Source of the DNA: a phage
Reading direction: 5' to 3' (one strand)
Length of the DNA: 64,000 nt
NCBI GenBank assembly: GCA_033648345.1
Contig: GCA_033648345.1_4121.1
In this document: positions 1-9,317 of the stretch, one piece after another
How the letters are laid out: each line of letters starts with the position of its first letter
How positions within the stretch are numbered: the stretch's first letter is position 1
Translations under genes and position numbers: made by a program
The notes under the pieces: generated by a model
Databases searched by the model: none
What the model was told of the DNA's origin: nothing
Seen by the model: only the letters and a program-made list of their open reading frames with translations

Positions 1-18
1 CAAAACAGGCAACATTCG

Positions 19-240
19 GTGGCTTGTGTAAATATGAGGACTAAACATATGTTGATTTACCAATGTGATAACATTCGTGTTATGCAGCATCCCTACTTAC
101 AAATCTTTGATGTGCAGCAGTATATGGAAGGTGATGACCCAAGAACCTATGGTCGTAAGTATGATTACTTCACTGTAAAGCAGTGTCATAACATCAAAGA
201 AGTACGACAATTAGTTCAAGAACTTCAAAATAAAGGTTGA
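19..240 (+). CDS. hypothetical protein (73 aa)
   Basis: Intact ORF; its stop codon lies inside the terminator/promoter hairpin at 235-266. Confidence 0.5.
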   Translation: MACVNMRTKHMLIYQCDNIRVMQHPYLQIFDVQQYMEGDDPRTYGRKYDYFTVKQCHNIKEVRQLVQELQNKG

Positions 241-266
241 CTTCGGTCAACCTTTTTTGTTATAAT
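235..266 (+). promoter_or_regulatory. terminator-hairpin/promoter composite (PeSL-like)
   Basis: GGTTGAC-TTCG-GTCAACC hairpin + T-tract; TTGACT in stem serves as -35, TATAAT at 261-266. Confidence 0.6.
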
Positions 267-295
267 TATTTCATCAACTACTGGGGATTTTAATT

Positions 296-736
296 ATGTA
301 CGTATATCGTTTTGAACTTAAATTCAGTTATATTGAACCTAACTTAGATCCAGCAAAAACAGTAGGGCCGTTCGCACGGTACTCTTCACGATACAGTACT
401 AAAAATGGATTTGACCGTTTGTGCATGACCACGCCTTCGCAATTCCAACCAGAACCAACTGAAGATGGAATCTATTCAATCAAACGTGGCTGGGCATTTG
501 GCTGTCAGAGTTTGAATGATTTGTTTAAGTTCTTTACTATGGACTTGGGTAAATTACATCGTGCAGGGTTTGCTGTATCAGTATATGAAGTTCCTGATAA
601 TCATGTTGACATTGGTCGTAGTCAGGTTCAGTACTATTGTGGTAGTGCCAATCTGGTTCGTATTATGTCAGTGAGAGAAGCAAAGGATGAGTACCGCCAA
701 AGTAAAAGAGTAATACATGAGGCTGTATATGGATAA
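296..736 (+). CDS. hypothetical protein (146 aa)
   Basis: ORF immediately downstream of composite promoter; GGGGA SD-like upstream. Confidence 0.6.
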   Translation: MYVYRFELKFSYIEPNLDPAKTVGPFARYSSRYSTKNGFDRLCMTTPSQFQPEPTEDGIYSIKRGWAFGCQSLNDLFKFFTMDLGKLHRAGFAVSVYEVPDNHVDIGRSQVQYYCGSANLVRIMSVREAKDEYRQSKRVIHEAVYG

Positions 737-1073
737 GACTCAAATAGAATTAAAAAAATTTGTATCGTTTTATCTACCCAATGACCCACGTTGTACACAA
801 TATGATGTTGCATATTACAATGCATTGACTACACAGTTAATGAAGAAATTCAAACAGTGTTTGACTGTATTCAATGATGATGGTAGACGTAGATATAGAA
901 TCATTCCAATGAATGATGAAAACGATAACTACTTTGACTTTGATGTTGTTTTTCGAGCATACAATGATGATAGAATAAAATTAAATTATGAGCAAATAAT
1001 GCTTGACCTGAGTGTTATCTGTGTTATAATTACTCACATAGCCGAACTTGATGGTTTAAAAGAATGGTATTGA
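729..1073 (+). CDS. hypothetical protein (114 aa)
   Basis: ORF; start moved to ATG 729 with GAGG 6 nt upstream; overlaps end of previous gene. Confidence 0.5.
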   Translation: MDKTQIELKKFVSFYLPNDPRCTQYDVAYYNALTTQLMKKFKQCLTVFNDDGRRRYRIIPMNDENDNYFDFDVVFRAYNDDRIKLNYEQIMLDLSVICVIITHIAELDGLKEWY

Positions 1074-1087
1074 CTTAGAGGATAATC

Positions 1088-1354
1088 ATGAAGCTTAAAT
1101 TACAATACAATGGTTTTACTTTGCGTAACGACACTGAGTTTGTCAATCGTTCACCAGGTGCTGAGTTGTTTTTGCGAGAGATGAACATTCCTTTCGTCAT
1201 CACTACTGTTGGTGACCGTGAAGTTCTACAATACGCAGAGCATCCAGTTATTGATGTTCCGTGGTATTCTGAGCATATGTATATGGATATGGCCCGTCGC
1301 TACGACTGTAAGTTCGTAGTTGAAGGTGATAAAATTACAGTCCAATTCAAATAA
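1088..1354 (+). CDS. hypothetical protein (88 aa)
   Basis: ORF with GAGGA SD. Confidence 0.6.
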   Translation: MKLKLQYNGFTLRNDTEFVNRSPGAELFLREMNIPFVITTVGDREVLQYAEHPVIDVPWYSEHMYMDMARRYDCKFVVEGDKITVQFK

Positions 1355-1365
1355 GGTAACTTAAA

Positions 1366-1659
1366 ATGATCAGTACTTCAGTAAATGCAAGCATCGTGGC
1401 AGACGTAGAAATGGTTAAAGAATGTACAGACGAAACCCTTCGCAACATGTACATCAACGATTTGATTTCAGAGTACGGAAGTCGTGGTGTTCATGAGTTT
1501 GTTCGCCTGAGCGGTGAATTGATGAAGAATCGCATTCGTATGAAGCTTAATGTGCATCCAAAAGCATGGGCGTTTACAATGAAGTACGCTGAAGATATTG
1601 TTGAGTTGCGTCGCAATGATGTGTATAATCGTTTACACAATGGTACATTAAAGGACTAA
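1366..1659 (+). CDS. hypothetical protein (97 aa)
   Basis: ORF with AAGGT SD; followed by hairpin terminator. Confidence 0.6.
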   Translation: MISTSVNASIVADVEMVKECTDETLRNMYINDLISEYGSRGVHEFVRLSGELMKNRIRMKLNVHPKAWAFTMKYAEDIVELRRNDVYNRLHNGTLKD

Positions 1660-1664
1660 ATTAT

Positions 1665-1692
1665 AGGAATCCGTAAAAGGATTCCTGTTCTT
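1665..1692 (+). terminator. putative rho-independent terminator
   Basis: AGGAATCC-GTAAA-AGGATTCCT hairpin followed by U-rich tract. Confidence 0.45.
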
Positions 1693-1709
1693 GTTTATAA
1701 GGTAATAAA

Positions 1710-1934
1710 ATGAAATATCTAGTACTAGTACTGCTATTCTTGAGTACTGTTGTATGTGCTAAACCAAAGTATCATGTAGTGTGTGTCAACGAGATGGAAG
1801 GATATACTGAAACATATAAGAACCATATTGTTGAAGTTGTAGCCCAAGGTTCCTATGGGACCATCATCTTCCTTAAGAACAATGTGATTGTTCAGTACAA
1901 AAAAGATTCAAATTGTAAAGTGACTAAAAAATGA
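1710..1934 (+). CDS. small secreted protein (74 aa), signal peptide
   Basis: N-terminus MKYLVLVLLFLSTVVCA is signal-peptide-like; AAGGT SD. Confidence 0.6.
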   Translation: MKYLVLVLLFLSTVVCAKPKYHVVCVNEMEGYTETYKNHIVEVVAQGSYGTIIFLKNNVIVQYKKDSNCKVTKK

Positions 1935-2004
1935 TCTAGATCAATTTTTCAGATATTCTCTGTAAATAATAGCAGTACAGAACATTATTTTACGGAGGTG
2001 TAAT

Positions 2005-2241
2005 ATGGAAACTATAATCATCATATGTGCGTTGTTTGCATTTTTGGTAATGTGGTCACCAACATTCATTGCATATAAAATGAAAAATAAAAATGCAGAA
2101 GCAATTATGTACGTAAACTTATGTTGCATACTAACTTATGGAATACTTTTATTCTTTACTGAATTTACATTAATCCCAGTAGTAGTTTGTTCATCAATGT
2201 TTATTTGGTTGTTTCTGCTTTATGAATCTATTAAAAAATAA
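2005..2241 (+). CDS. small membrane protein (78 aa)
   Basis: Two hydrophobic segments; GGAGG SD. Confidence 0.6.
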   Translation: METIIIICALFAFLVMWSPTFIAYKMKNKNAEAIMYVNLCCILTYGILLFFTEFTLIPVVVCSSMFIWLFLLYESIKK

Positions 2242-2249
2242 AAGATATA

Positions 2250-2276
2250 GGGTTGGTATTATACCAACCCTTTTAC
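2250..2276 (+). terminator. putative rho-independent terminator
   Basis: GGGTTGGTAT/ATACCAACCC hairpin followed by TTTTAC. Confidence 0.55.
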
Positions 2277-2295
2277 TTTATGTGGGGTTTAATTA

Positions 2296-2868
2296 ATGAA
2301 TAGAAAAGGTAAGTTTAAAGTATCAAAGAAGAACAAAAGTTCTAGATTTAGACCTATAACTTTAACTTTTAAGGCTAAAGAAGAATTAACTGCACTTAGT
2401 AAAAAGATAATTTCATCTAAGATTAAAGTATCATACGTAAATTCGGTAAAATTTCAAAAGGTTAAACCACAAGACAAACTCATTTCACTTATATTTAAAC
2501 GTAATGATTTTGAGATATTAGTAGATGATTATAGAGCCTATAATGCTGGATTCATTCATGTCACTTGTAATACCGAACTAACTGAGTTGGAACATTTGAC
2601 ATGTATCATAAGTGTAGATAACGGTGTGGTGAAGTACAATTTTTTACATTTTACCAATATCAATAATGGAATGGGTGTACAATCCAGACCTATAGTACCT
2701 ACATGTGATGTGACTAATTTAGCAAAGCTCAATGAAGAAGAATATTTTCAAGAAAGCATTGTAACTGAGCATTTAGATGCTATAATAGCAACTTACAAAG
2801 AATGCATATGGGTTTTGAATGCGATAAAGCCCAAATTGTGTTTAATGAATGTCGTTCGTGATTTATAA
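2296..2868 (+). CDS. hypothetical protein (190 aa)
   Basis: ORF; no recognisable motif. Confidence 0.6.
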   Translation: MNRKGKFKVSKKNKSSRFRPITLTFKAKEELTALSKKIISSKIKVSYVNSVKFQKVKPQDKLISLIFKRNDFEILVDDYRAYNAGFIHVTCNTELTELEHLTCIISVDNGVVKYNFLHFTNINNGMGVQSRPIVPTCDVTNLAKLNEEEYFQESIVTEHLDAIIATYKECIWVLNAIKPKLCLMNVVRDL

Positions 2869-2881
2869 CTGGAGATGTAGT

Positions 2882-3325
2882 ATGGGTTGGATTAACGTTA
2901 ATAGCATTGAACTAAATGAGCAAGACATATTTGCCTTTGTTAATTTGGTAGAGAACATTGCTATTAAAGGTCGTCTGTTTAGTTCATCGGACGGTAAAAA
3001 ATGGATCTCTCTTATGAACGACAATGGCGAGATTTATGACGTTATGCAACTACCTCATTGGGCTTATAAGAATACATCTGATGATGTGATGGCTGCTGTT
3101 ATGCGTGAGTTTGAAAAGCTACCTGGTGGTGATATTAAGAACATCGTATTCAATGCAGAACGCATGAACTACACACCGGAGCAGCTTCAACAGTTGGCAA
3201 TTGCTGCCTATCAAGCTGCCATTAAGAAACCTGAATGTGTGATATTAAAGTACACACCGGACTTGAAGTTAACACTAGAAGATATGGATTCCTTTATCTT
3301 CAGTTCAGAACTTAAACAGTACTGA
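2882..3325 (+). CDS. hypothetical protein (147 aa)
   Basis: ORF; start set to ATG 2882 with GGAG SD just after previous stop. Confidence 0.55.
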   Translation: MGWINVNSIELNEQDIFAFVNLVENIAIKGRLFSSSDGKKWISLMNDNGEIYDVMQLPHWAYKNTSDDVMAAVMREFEKLPGGDIKNIVFNAERMNYTPEQLQQLAIAAYQAAIKKPECVILKYTPDLKLTLEDMDSFIFSSELKQY

Positions 3326-3436
3326 TTTGACTTTGGGACAACCATTTCATACGTGATATAATCTTAAGTGTCTGTAGAAATAAACAGCACATGAAGTATA
3401 AATATTAAAGTAATTTATCTCTTTAAGGAGTATGAA

Positions 3437-3820
3437 ATGGTTGATAAATGGAATAAGAAAGAACCATCGCATGATGTGGATATTTCTGGAATTGATAATG
3501 CACATAAGCATAAGTATCTTGATTCACTAGGTCTACTAAAGCCTGACCAAAGTCTTGCACATGAACGCCCATCCCGCGAAAAAGCTTTCAGTCTAGAATC
3601 TCTAGGTCATGAATTGAATCGTGTGTTTGAAGATCATCCAATTTATGTACGTGATATCATTGAGAAACTTAAAGTAACTCCTAAAGAGCACTTCAAGGCA
3701 ACAGTTCACGCAGCATTCCGTGCACTACATGAAGCACTAAAGAAAACTCATAACCTTCGTAAGATTCATGATGATATCGTGAACTCCATTGAAGGCGAAA
3801 AACATAAGTTTAAAAAATAA
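3437..3820 (+). CDS. hypothetical protein (127 aa)
   Basis: ORF with AAGGAG SD. Confidence 0.65.
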   Translation: MVDKWNKKEPSHDVDISGIDNAHKHKYLDSLGLLKPDQSLAHERPSREKAFSLESLGHELNRVFEDHPIYVRDIIEKLKVTPKEHFKATVHAAFRALHEALKKTHNLRKIHDDIVNSIEGEKHKFKK

Positions 3821-3826
3821 TTAAAA

Positions 3827-3860
3827 GGGGTTGACTTCGGTCAGCCCTTTGTCGTATAAT
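3827..3860 (+). promoter_or_regulatory. terminator-hairpin/promoter composite (PeSL-like)
   Basis: GGGGTTGAC-TTCG-GTCAGCCC hairpin, T-rich, TATAAT 3855-3860. Confidence 0.6.
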
Positions 3861-3906
3861 ATTTTCATTGCTAGAACATAAACCAACTGAGGTAATCATA
3901 TCAAAC

Positions 3907-4164
3907 ATGGCAGAAACATTATCACTATATGCATTAGTACTGTTATTTGTCGGATTTCTTCCCGCACTTATTACAGCCATTCGTGTTGTTAAACATGAAG
4001 CTGCGTTGATTGTATGTAGTATTGGGGCGAACATTCTATTGTATTTCTTTTTAACAAATACTATTGTACTGTTTGCTTTCTTTATCATGATTCTGTGGGT
4101 ACTTGTAATTCTCGGATTCTTCATTTGGTCATTGGTTGATCCTAAGAAAAAACAGGAGAAGTGA
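3907..4164 (+). CDS. small membrane protein (85 aa)
   Basis: Hydrophobic ORF; track start 3868 (TTG) lies at the predicted transcript start so ATG 3907 chosen. Confidence 0.5.
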   Translation: MAETLSLYALVLLFVGFLPALITAIRVVKHEAALIVCSIGANILLYFFLTNTIVLFAFFIMILWVLVILGFFIWSLVDPKKKQEK

Positions 4165-4165
4165 A

Positions 4166-4462
4166 ATGAAATTAATTATTGTAATGATGATGTGTTTGGT
4201 TTTCCCAGTACTGGCTACTCCTAATCTGGACTGCACACTGATGCGTTCAGATGGTGACACACTTGAAATCAACACATATGAACTCTTTGGTCCAAGTGTA
4301 GTGGAGAATGAAACCACCTACAATTTCAAAGCTATTGACTTTGAAGGTAATGTTCCAGTACTAACTACAATGACTATTGACAAAACTACTTTACTCGGAC
4401 GAATCACCACACAACGCGGAGAAAGTAAAACATTCACAGCGAAAGCTGACTGTAACTACTAA
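4166..4462 (+). CDS. secreted protein (98 aa), signal peptide
   Basis: AGGAGA SD then ATG 4166; N-terminus MKLIIVMMMCLVFPVLA. Confidence 0.6.
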   Translation: MKLIIVMMMCLVFPVLATPNLDCTLMRSDGDTLEINTYELFGPSVVENETTYNFKAIDFEGNVPVLTTMTIDKTTLLGRITTQRGESKTFTAKADCNY

Positions 4463-4483
4463 TGGTATAGTACAGTGAAAATA

Positions 4484-4514
4484 GGGTTGACTTCGGTCAA
4501 CCTTTATATATAAT
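4484..4514 (+). promoter_or_regulatory. terminator-hairpin/promoter composite (PeSL-like)
   Basis: GGGTTGAC-TTCG-GTCAACC hairpin; TATAAT 4509-4514. Confidence 0.6.
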
Positions 4515-4527
4515 GGAAGAAATAAAC

Positions 4528-5055
4528 ATGGAACGTTGGAAATTAATTCCTGATTATGACTATTCAATTTCTGATCATGGAAGAGTAAGAAACGAACAAA
4601 CTGGATATATAAGTTGTGGATTTAAAAATAAAGATGGGTATGTGAAGGTCGATTTGTATCGCAATTCTGTGAAAAATAGAAAGGCGATTCATCGACTAGT
4701 AGCTGAAGCATTTTTACCACCACCCACACAGAAACAGTTACAGTGGGCGAGTAGAACAAAGAAAAAAGTTGTTCACATAAACCATAAAGATTGTAATAGA
4801 AGTAACAATCACTATTTGAATTTGGAATGGAGCACAGCATCTGAAAACGTACTATATTCTTATTCACATGGTAACGCAACAACTAATCGTGGTGCTGCTG
4901 TGTTGACATGGGAAATTGTAAGAGAAATAAGAAAAGATTATAATGATAATTATAATGATGTGATAGAATATGCACGAGAAAATTGTAATAAATACCGTGT
5001 ATGTAAAAAAACAATACGTCGTATTTTATACAATCAAACATGGATAGAGGATTAA
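4528..5055 (+). CDS. HNH homing endonuclease (NUMOD4-like N-terminus + HNH)
   Basis: WKLIPDYDYSISDHGRVRN motif, then AIHRLVAEAF...HINHKDCNRSNNHYLNLEW HNH motif; ATG 4513 is inside the -10 box so 4528 used. Confidence 0.8.
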   Translation: MERWKLIPDYDYSISDHGRVRNEQTGYISCGFKNKDGYVKVDLYRNSVKNRKAIHRLVAEAFLPPPTQKQLQWASRTKKKVVHINHKDCNRSNNHYLNLEWSTASENVLYSYSHGNATTNRGAAVLTWEIVREIRKDYNDNYNDVIEYARENCNKYRVCKKTIRRILYNQTWIED

Positions 5056-5059
5056 AAAT

Positions 5060-6553
5060 ATGCCACAAGATAATGGGGATATGAAACATCGTAATGGTGG
5101 ACTAGTACAACACTCGGATAAATGGGCCGACCGAAATCGTCGCAAAAATAGTTATCAAGCAGGACAAGGTTCACGTGGTTCCAGAAACCAAGGAACGGGA
5201 CTTGCTGGTAAGGCAAACGCAGAAGCAGGTGAAGTTAAGAGTACTGAGAACATGACTGAGCTAGAAAAGCTACGTTATGTTAACTCATTAGGTCTTCTTA
5301 ACGCAACACAGAAACAACGCCTTGCTGATATGGAACGTGCTGAGAAAGAACAAGCAGTTCCTAAAGAAGAACCAAAACCAGAAGCTCCTAAAGCAGCTAA
5401 CCCTGTTAAAGAGTTATCTGATAACTTAGGTAAGATCTTTGCTAACAAACCACAGTTGATTCAGGGTATTGTCAAAGCACTACAGGCAGTTCCTAAAGAA
5501 GAACTCAAAGGTAAAGCACAAGCTGTACTTGATGCAATGAAAGGTAATAAGAGCACTGAACCCACTGAAGTATTCAGTACTATCATGCGTGCACTTGAAG
5601 GTACACACAAAGAAGATTCCAAAGAACCTGAACAGGGTGAAGCAAGTCTTGATGGTATTCTTAAAACTTTTGATAGTATTGGTAAAGCAGACCGTGCTAA
5701 TGCCCAGCAAGTCAAGAATGTACTGGCTAAACTTGAAAACCGTTTAGAAGGTAAAGATGATAAGGTTAAGCTCGTATCAGATGCAGTTAACAGTGCACTT
5801 AAATCTTATGTACAAGGTGAGAAAAGTCGCTTCGTAACAGCTATGGATGCTGCATTCAACACTATGAAAAAGTATGAAGCAGAACATGGTGAGAAAGTGA
5901 CACCTGATGGATATCTACTACGTAAAGATGAAGAAGGTGCAGTTGAACAGAAAGATGTTGAGCCTGAGCAAGAAGATCTACCTGATACCGTTGATATGGA
6001 TGGATACATTCATCGTCCTGAGATGGAAGAGTTTGGGTCAGATAAAGAAGGTTTTGAACATGCAATGGCAGTATATAAAGCATTAGTTAAAAATCCAGAT
6101 TATGCTAACCGTTTTGTTGACGAGTTTGATAGTGCATGGAATAACTACAAAGAGAAAGGTTATGATTTCCCTGCTGAAGCTGCATTCTTTGAACTTGGTA
6201 AACTATTAGCTAAACATGGAATTGACGTTGGTTCATCTGATTCCGAAGGTATGGAAGAAGAACATCTTGAAATGACCGATAAATCAATTCATGAACTTCA
6301 AAAGCTAATGATGTGGATATCCGAGATTGGTAAAAAAGCAGGTGCTGATAGTAAAAGTATCAACAAAAACATTAGTTGGATTAAAGATAATGTTGGTAAC
6401 AATGCTCGTAAACTACAAAAGGCGTGGGCTGATTTAGTAAATGGTGCAGATGATGTTGACATTGAATCACCAGAAGCATATGAGTATGCACTAACTACGC
6501 TCGATAACTCATTCAAAGAGTACGACCGTGGTGTTGGAAAAGATAAAAAATAA
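5060..6553 (+). CDS. acidic Lys/Glu/Ala-rich protein (497 aa), probable coiled coil
   Basis: Long ORF with GAGGA SD; low-complexity charged composition. Confidence 0.7.
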   Translation: MPQDNGDMKHRNGGLVQHSDKWADRNRRKNSYQAGQGSRGSRNQGTGLAGKANAEAGEVKSTENMTELEKLRYVNSLGLLNATQKQRLADMERAEKEQAVPKEEPKPEAPKAANPVKELSDNLGKIFANKPQLIQGIVKALQAVPKEELKGKAQAVLDAMKGNKSTEPTEVFSTIMRALEGTHKEDSKEPEQGEASLDGILKTFDSIGKADRANAQQVKNVLAKLENRLEGKDDKVKLVSDAVNSALKSYVQGEKSRFVTAMDAAFNTMKKYEAEHGEKVTPDGYLLRKDEEGAVEQKDVEPEQEDLPDTVDMDGYIHRPEMEEFGSDKEGFEHAMAVYKALVKNPDYANRFVDEFDSAWNNYKEKGYDFPAEAAFFELGKLLAKHGIDVGSSDSEGMEEEHLEMTDKSIHELQKLMMWISEIGKKAGADSKSINKNISWIKDNVGNNARKLQKAWADLVNGADDVDIESPEAYEYALTTLDNSFKEYDRGVGKDKK

Positions 6554-6563
6554 ACATTTAAAA

Positions 6564-6600
6564 GGTTGACTTCGGTCAACCTTTTTTTGTAAATATTGTA
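6564..6600 (+). promoter_or_regulatory. terminator-hairpin/promoter composite (PeSL-like)
   Basis: GGTTGAC-TTCG-GTCAACC hairpin + TTTTTTT, weak -10 TAAATA. Confidence 0.55.
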
Positions 6601-6624
6601 GAGGGTTTTATAAGAGGTAATGCA

Positions 6625-6876
6625 ATGTTTAAATATGTTTTATTTTCACTTGTATTGTTTACTGATATAGTTTATAGTACTGAATACCAGTGCTCCATTG
6701 CTAGACAGGAGTTTAGAAACGGTGAGTTCTATACCAAGTCTTACACTAGAGGATTGGTACATGACAATAATAAAACTATAGGGTTCAATGCATTTGATAA
6801 CAAAGATCGATATACGTCTGGAATACTATCTGAACGTAAGTCGGATATACTAGGTATCGAGCGTGAATTCCGGTGA
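6625..6876 (+). CDS. hypothetical protein (83 aa) with signal-peptide-like N-terminus
   Basis: ORF; MFKYVLFSLVLFTDIVYS; may be the 5' part of a frameshifted longer gene. Confidence 0.5.
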   Translation: MFKYVLFSLVLFTDIVYSTEYQCSIARQEFRNGEFYTKSYTRGLVHDNNKTIGFNAFDNKDRYTSGILSERKSDILGIEREFR

Positions 6877-6886
6877 CACGGTTGCA

Positions 6887-7237
6887 ATGTGTAATGATAT
6901 TGAGAGTACTAAGAAAGTATATACTAATGGTGAAAATACTTTTAGATTCCACAATCTTACTACCAATGAAAGTTTATACTTCTACAACTGTAAAGAGTTC
7001 ATTAAACCTGTGGATAACTCATGTGATATGCCGGAGCCAAAAGCTGCTGTATGTGAGGAACCACAATCCAAAGCTGACAAAGATTCAAAAGATAAGAAAG
7101 ACAAAGCTGACAAATCGGATAAAAAAGAAAACAAAAAGAAAGCTAAAGATGATAAAGATAAAAAGTCCCCTAAGCCAAATCCATTTGAAAAGCCAAAGAA
7201 TGAAAAGCCAAAACCAGACATGACATGTAAAATATAA
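6887..7237 (+). CDS. Lys/Asp-rich low-complexity protein (116 aa)
   Basis: ORF in a different frame overlapping the previous stop; KDKKDKADKSDKKENKKK tail. Confidence 0.4.
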   Translation: MCNDIESTKKVYTNGENTFRFHNLTTNESLYFYNCKEFIKPVDNSCDMPEPKAAVCEEPQSKADKDSKDKKDKADKSDKKENKKKAKDDKDKKSPKPNPFEKPKNEKPKPDMTCKI

Positions 7238-7244
7238 AAGAAAA

Positions 7245-7277
7245 GGGTTGACTTCGGTCGGCCCTTTTTGCTATAAT
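7245..7277 (+). promoter_or_regulatory. terminator-hairpin/promoter composite (PeSL-like)
   Basis: GGGTTGAC-TTCG-GTCGGCCC hairpin + T-tract; TATAAT 7272-7277. Confidence 0.6.
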
Positions 7278-7303
7278 CATTTCATCAACTACTGGAGGTA
7301 AAC

Positions 7304-7717
7304 ATGTTAAAAGTTATTTTCCGTTCTATCAGTTCATTACTTCTTATGATTAGTTCAGTTTGTTATGCAAATGAAGTATCTGATTTATTTGAGAAGAATT
7401 ACCCAACCGCACAAGAGATGGGTGTTTTAAAATGCAAGCTAACTTCGTACAACATCATCGGCAGTAAACTTGTACTGGAACATGAACGTAGTACACCAAT
7501 CCCTCTAGTAGAAGAAGGCAGTACCTTTAGCTTCAAGTACGGGGTGAATGTAACATCTGGTGTAATGAACAATGTTGATGCAGAGACTGGTTCAACATGG
7601 AGTACTAGCGGTAAAGATGTGTTTCATCGTATGCGTGAAAATGGTAAACTGAAGTACGTATATGAAAGTTCATTCATGAAACGTGTATTCATTATAAAAA
7701 ATTGTGTACCAGCATAA
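7304..7717 (+). CDS. secreted protein (137 aa), signal peptide
   Basis: GGAGG SD; N-terminal hydrophobic leader ending ...SSVCYA. Confidence 0.65.
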   Translation: MLKVIFRSISSLLLMISSVCYANEVSDLFEKNYPTAQEMGVLKCKLTSYNIIGSKLVLEHERSTPIPLVEEGSTFSFKYGVNVTSGVMNNVDAETGSTWSTSGKDVFHRMRENGKLKYVYESSFMKRVFIIKNCVPA

Positions 7718-7728
7718 GGAACAACATC

Positions 7729-8004
7729 ATGCGTTCATTTGAAAACTTAATCGGTAAACTTCGCTTACAAGAAATTGAAGATGATGTGAAGGAATTATCT
7801 GAAACTAAGAGTTACATTCATTTAGATGAACTGTTTATTAAGTACGGTGAGATTGGTTTTAAGTCATTATTTGTTTTTGTCATGAAGGTGCATAGTTTAA
7901 AGTACTTTGATTTGAGTTCAAAAGACGGACAACCAAATCTGTATTACATGTATTATCTTAAGAACATAGACGAAGCTAATACATTATTCTTAGAATATAT
8001 GTAG
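7729..8004 (+). CDS. hypothetical protein (91 aa)
   Basis: AAGGAA SD then ATG 7729. Confidence 0.6.
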   Translation: MRSFENLIGKLRLQEIEDDVKELSETKSYIHLDELFIKYGEIGFKSLFVFVMKVHSLKYFDLSSKDGQPNLYYMYYLKNIDEANTLFLEYM

Positions 8005-8014
8005 GGGTAAAAAA

Positions 8015-8353
8015 ATGGAACAACATTTTGAATTAATTAATAAGGTATCATTTTATGTAGTATCGTTAATTTGGGTGTATTACATGTTTTGTTACATTAT
8101 TGCATTCTTCCGATACACAACCTTGTATCAACGCATATACTACGATGCACCCATTTCATTTATGATGTTCTGTGCATGTACGTGGGGGATAATTGAAGCA
8201 CTGGTATGTGGATATAGTACTGACGAATTAAATCTCGTATCGGTGTTGACATTACTAACAATTGCTACTATGATAGCTACTGTTCCGATATTTTTGCTCT
8301 TTAAACTGCTTCATCGCATCGATGAGTGGCGTAATAAAATCCCTGAAAAGTAA
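8015..8353 (+). CDS. small membrane protein, family M member 1 (112 aa)
   Basis: 3-4 hydrophobic helices, basic C-terminal tail (…WRNKIPEK); paralogous to 8363, 8706 and 13394-15833. Confidence 0.65.
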   Translation: MEQHFELINKVSFYVVSLIWVYYMFCYIIAFFRYTTLYQRIYYDAPISFMMFCACTWGIIEALVCGYSTDELNLVSVLTLLTIATMIATVPIFLLFKLLHRIDEWRNKIPEK

Positions 8354-8362
8354 GGATTGATA

Positions 8363-8704
8363 ATGATTTTTTACACTAATGCGTTTGCTTATGCCGTTGC
8401 ATCAATCTACATTGTGTACTTCTTATTTGGTGGAGTACTGTACTTCTTTAAGTACAAAACATTGTTTAACCGAATGTATCCAAATCATCCAATTGTAGTA
8501 GTACTTTTGATTATTTCTGTTGCTCACATCATTGTAGAAACAATAATGGGTATCAGTGCAGTACATTACAGTCTAGGTACTATTGTAATTATTACTATGA
8601 TCATCGCATACATTTTAGTAATGGGTTTTGGTTTATTTGGAAATGTAGCAATGAAATTGTATAATCGAATCAAAACATTACGTGATAATCTACCGGAGCG
8701 TTGA
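8363..8704 (+). CDS. small membrane protein, family M member 2 (113 aa)
   Basis: AAGGA SD then ATG 8363; C-terminus …LRDNLPER. Confidence 0.65.
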   Translation: MIFYTNAFAYAVASIYIVYFLFGGVLYFFKYKTLFNRMYPNHPIVVVLLIISVAHIIVETIMGISAVHYSLGTIVIITMIIAYILVMGFGLFGNVAMKLYNRIKTLRDNLPER

Positions 8705-8705
8705 G

Positions 8706-9050
8706 ATGTATAATTTAAATTTAATATCATATATCATAACAACACTGTTTACTTTCTATGCCTTTGTTGGTATACTCCTACTGTACTTTAAATTTTATAA
8801 ACTTTTTGATCGTTTTTATCCGTCATTAGAACATGAATTCTTATTAGTGATGTACATATGTCTAACGTTTATGTCTACATTTTTCACTGCATCTGATGGT
8901 ATCATTGGTATTAAAGCTGAAGAACCAAATGGGAGTACGCTTGTTGCCTTTATTCTGGTAGGATTTTTCAGTACTTATATTACCTTTATTTCAGGATGTA
9001 CCGTGATTGATTATCTTGTGAAATTACGAGATAAAATGCCAAATCGATAG
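8706..9050 (+). CDS. small membrane protein, family M member 3 (114 aa)
   Basis: Start overlaps previous stop (TGAGATG); C-terminus …LRDKMPNR. Confidence 0.6.
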   Translation: MYNLNLISYIITTLFTFYAFVGILLLYFKFYKLFDRFYPSLEHEFLLVMYICLTFMSTFFTASDGIIGIKAEEPNGSTLVAFILVGFFSTYITFISGCTVIDYLVKLRDKMPNR

Positions 9051-9059
9051 GGGATTGCT

Positions 9060-9317
9060 ATGTTTGCATTGCGTAATAAAAATACAAAAGAGATTCTGTG
9101 TATCTCAACAGTATGGGATTGTGCAGGAAGTGAAATGATTCTCGAAGAAGGTTCAGGTGATTGTGTTTATGTTGTTCAGGATCGTCGCGAACTGGAATCA
9201 TTACTTGACGAATTTAATGCTGGTGGAAATCCTAAAAGTACTCAATTCCCTGAGATCAGGAATCCAGCACCACCAGGCTCTTATGAAATTCTACAACTGT
9301 GGGAGATGGATAAGTAA
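9060..9317 (+). CDS. hypothetical protein (85 aa)
   Basis: ORF; contains a Chi octamer at 9219-9226. Confidence 0.55.
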   Translation: MFALRNKNTKEILCISTVWDCAGSEMILEEGSGDCVYVVQDRRELESLLDEFNAGGNPKSTQFPEIRNPAPPGSYEILQLWEMDK

